Assembly (NCBI GenBank): GCA_020137815.1
Contig: CM035356.1
Location: 4,092,001 to 4,156,000, forward strand
DNA: 64,000 nt
Direction: 5' to 3'
DNA from: Hormiphora californensis
Lineage: Eukaryota > Animalia > Ctenophora
Part shown: piece by piece, positions 60,998-64,000 of the stretch
How the letters are laid out: each line of letters opens with the position of its first letter
How positions within the stretch are numbered: position 1 is the stretch's first letter
Translations under genes and position numbers: made by a program
Notes under the pieces: generated by a model
Told to the model about the DNA's origin: nothing
Database searches by the model: none
The model's input: only the letters and a program-made list of their open reading frames with translations

Positions 60998-62539
60998 TCA
61001 AGCGCCAAATTTGAGTGCTCTCAGTTTCTTTTTCTCTGCGGCTGTCATGCCAGCTGGACTGAGGCTGACCTTAGTGTTCCCACTCTCAACTTTATCCTTC
61101 AATGTAGTTGAAATGTCCACGAGTTTTGCCGTTTTGGCTGGTTTACCTGCATCATCAGCTGAATCCAAACTAAATCGAGCAGACCTCTTTTTCAATTTCT
61201 CGTCATCCACAGAGGGAGCTGTAACTGGTGTTTTAGCTGTACCGTTATTAGCTGCTGGTTTTGTAGCTTCAGTATTAGTTGTACCAAATCGAGCCGCTCG
61301 TGCAGCCTTTTTATCTGCTGCAGCCGGTACAGTTTCAGACTTGTCGATATTAGCAGTTTTATTCTCGTCTCCCTCTGCAAATTTTACCGCTCGAGCTTTC
61401 TTCTTCTCCTCTATACTCTTCTCTGTGTCAACACCAAATTTAACCGCCCTTTTCTCTTTCTTATCTTCATCAGTCAGCAGGCCGAACTTCTCCTTTCTCT
61501 GTTCTTTTCGTTCCTCATCAGTTACACTGTCATCAGTGGGTGCGGTGGGAGCCACTGTGGGGGCCTCAGAGGGGGCTGTGGTGTCAGAGGGGGCCGTGGT
61601 GGCTGATAGGAGCTCACTTTCTTCAGCTATATCAACCTGCAATGAGGGGGAGGGTGAACAATGGGAGCAAATGATATGAGTATTGAATCAGTAAATGAAC
61701 GGTGTGTTTACTGTATTGAATACTGTATTGAACACTGTATTGAATATTGTATTGAAACTTACCGCAGGTTTCGCCTCTACCTCCCCTTCTCCCTCCCCCG
61801 CTACTGGTTCCTCCTTCTCTATGTTTTTATCCTCCTCGGCAAAGTGCTCCTGGATACGTTCAATCAACAGAGGTTTCGTTCCTGGAAAGAGAGAGTTATA
61901 TTAACAGTAGTGCTGAGAAACTGCAATACTAAGTAGTACTGCGAGTGGGGGATTCAAGGAAGGGGTGAAATCGTGAAGTTTTCCTGGTCCCGGTCTAGGA
62001 CTAAGTAACAGCAAGACTGTACCAGTGCAGATACATGCAGACATATAGGCAATTGAATGGTGTGTTAGGACACTACAAAGTAACACCAAGACTCTGCTGT
62101 ACAGACAAACACATGAGTGGGGGGAGGTTGGGTGTTACTGACTAGCACATGCTGCTGATCTCACACTATCACGTACAACAATAAACAATTTGCTTACCAG
62201 ATATAGGGAGATCCAGCGCCTTTAGGATATCTTTTAGTTCTGATACCTTCATCTTTGACAGGTTATCAAGATCAACTGTCAGCTCTTCTTCCTCCTCTTC
62301 ACCTGGCTGAGAGATTAGAGAGGGTCAGGGGTGGCGTGAAGATGGGACATTGGAGAGGGTCAGGGGCGGCGGAACCGGGTTATACTCTTATGGACAATAG
62401 AGTTGAGGCTCTGCGAGAGAGATAATTAAACGCTACCATATATGCATACCATTTCTGATTCTATCTTCTCAGCCTCTGGTTCTTCTTCAGCTGGTGCAGC
62501 GGGGGTCATTTCCACGGGCGTTTCTTCGGTTTCTGACAT
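60998..62539 (-). CDS. SARNP: SAP-domain ribonucleoprotein (SARNP/CIP29/Tho1), 318 aa, 4 exons (62450-62539, 62198-62306, 61763-61881, 60998-61636)
   Basis: SAP motif LSKMKVSELKDILKALDLPISGTKPLLIERI plus repeated Rxx(K/R)FG motifs. The splice is phase-consistent. Confidence 0.88.
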
Positions 62540-62695
62540 GTTTCTGGGGAGGGCACTGCAAAACAGATGTCTAATTGAGAAAATGATATTTGAAATGGAG
62601 CATTTTTTAAATTGTGTGCACTCCCCTCGGAAGTTGGGTCAGGGGAGAGAAAGGTAATCATTCTGATTAAGTCGCAGACAAACAAAATGGTTTAA

Positions 62696-63972
62696 GGGTA
62701 CACCTCGGCAAAATTTTTGTCGAGTGCCCGCTTAGCTCTCCATATGGGGTTGTAGGGCATACCAAGCCGACCTCAAATATGCAATTTTAGCCCTTAACTC
62801 GAATTCATATTTTTGCTACAGCCCCTCAAAGTTTGACCCTAAAAACCGGTTTTTAAGGTCCCTAAATTTTATTTTTAGGGCTAGAAAGCTGAAAATTTAG
62901 GGATTCATAGAGGATACCAAGGTGTATAGCTCAAACAGAAATTTTTTGAAATGGAGCTCAATTTTTTGTCTGAGACTATTTTACTTTTTTTGACTTTGAG
63001 GCCATATTTGGACATGTTCCTATGGACCGTTAAGGCTAAAAATTGGATATTTGGTGCTCCTAACAATTGTCAAAGTAGCCACAAATTTTCAGGAGGTCCG
63101 AATTTGAAATGTGGCCTACAGGTTTCTTTTTGTAAAGCACATATTTTAGGAAAACTTAAAATGGCTATATCTCAAAAACGGTAGGTCCTAGCGATCTAAT
63201 TTCGTGCTAAATCGATTCAGCGGGTCCGATTTTGGGGGGGTCGTCTCTTAGACATTTTGCTCTAAGTCTAACCGTTTTTTCAGAAATCGTATTTTAAGGT
63301 TTGTACATGTTTAGCAGAAATAGGTAAGATTAGCTCTAGCTAGAAGCATTTCTGCTAAACATGTACAAACCTTAAAATACGATTTCTGAAAAAACGGTTA
63401 GACTTAGAGCAAAATGTCTAAGAGACGACCCCCCCAAAATCGGACCCACTGAATCGATTTAGCACGAAATTAGATCGCTAGGACCTACCGTTTTTGAGAT
63501 ATAGCCATTTTAAGTTTTCCTAAAATATGTGCTTTACAAAAAGAAACCTGTAGGCCACATTTCAAATTCGGACCTCCTGAAAATTTGTGGCTACTTTGAC
63601 AATTGTTAGGAGCACCAAATATCCAATTTTTAGCCTTAACGGTCCATAGGAACATGTCCAAATATGGCCTCAAAGTCAAAAAAAGTAAAATAGTCTCAGA
63701 CAAAAATTGAGCTCCATTTCAAAAAATTTCTGTTTGAGCTATACACCTTGGTATCCTCTATGAATCCCTAAATTTTCAGCTTTCTAGCCCTAAAAATAAA
63801 ATTTAGGGACCTTAAAAACCGGTTTTTAGGGTCAAACTTTGAGGGGCTGTAGCAAAAATATGAATTCGAGTTAAGGGCTAAAATTGCATATTTGAGGTCG
63901 GCTTGGTATGCCCTACAACCCCATATGGAGAGCTAAGCGGGCACTCGACAAAAATTTTGCCGAGGTGTACCC
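62696..63972. mobile_element. 1277-bp foldback non-autonomous DNA transposon with TTAA TSD (Kolobok-like ends)
   Basis: ~625-bp near-perfect inverted arms with a 26-bp spacer (63322-63347). TTAA at 62692-62695 and 63973-63976. Termini are GGGTACACC (purine start, unlike piggyBac CCY). Confidence 0.85.
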
Positions 63973-64000
63973 TTAAAAGACTGAAGAATCTACCGAATAT

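Overview
Gene-dense, intron-rich animal genomic DNA full of (GA)n/(CT)n microsatellites. A ctenophore source is inferred, not proven, from the SISR-type GPCR, the intronless BTB gene, the nested gene and AG acceptors just before start codons. Exons were spliced by hand. Genes: PLAC8/cornifelin (-), Ena/VASP (-), a divergent glypican (+), the 5' half of FZR1/Cdh1 (+), a CXorf65/C22orf15-like gene (-), a damaged TSPO-like gene (+), ataxin-10 (-) with an antisense GPCR nested in an intron, PCGF3/5-like (-) and SARNP (-). The main finding is at 50106-55542. A 5'-truncated CR1-group LINE with an intact endonuclease/RT frame sits inside an intronless BTB/POZ gene, between two copies of a 7-bp sequence (TAGTCAA). 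Removing it restores one 518-aa BTB ORF. With it in place, the BTB N-half is fused in frame to the start-less CCCH zinc-finger ORF1 remnant. ORF2 has no usable ATG and opens in the -1 frame at a G_GAU_UUU slippery site. The window also has two kilobase-scale foldback elements, several MITE/HINE-like elements and tandem repeats that duplicate splice sites. Several stretches look like unpolished or haplotype-duplicated assembly.
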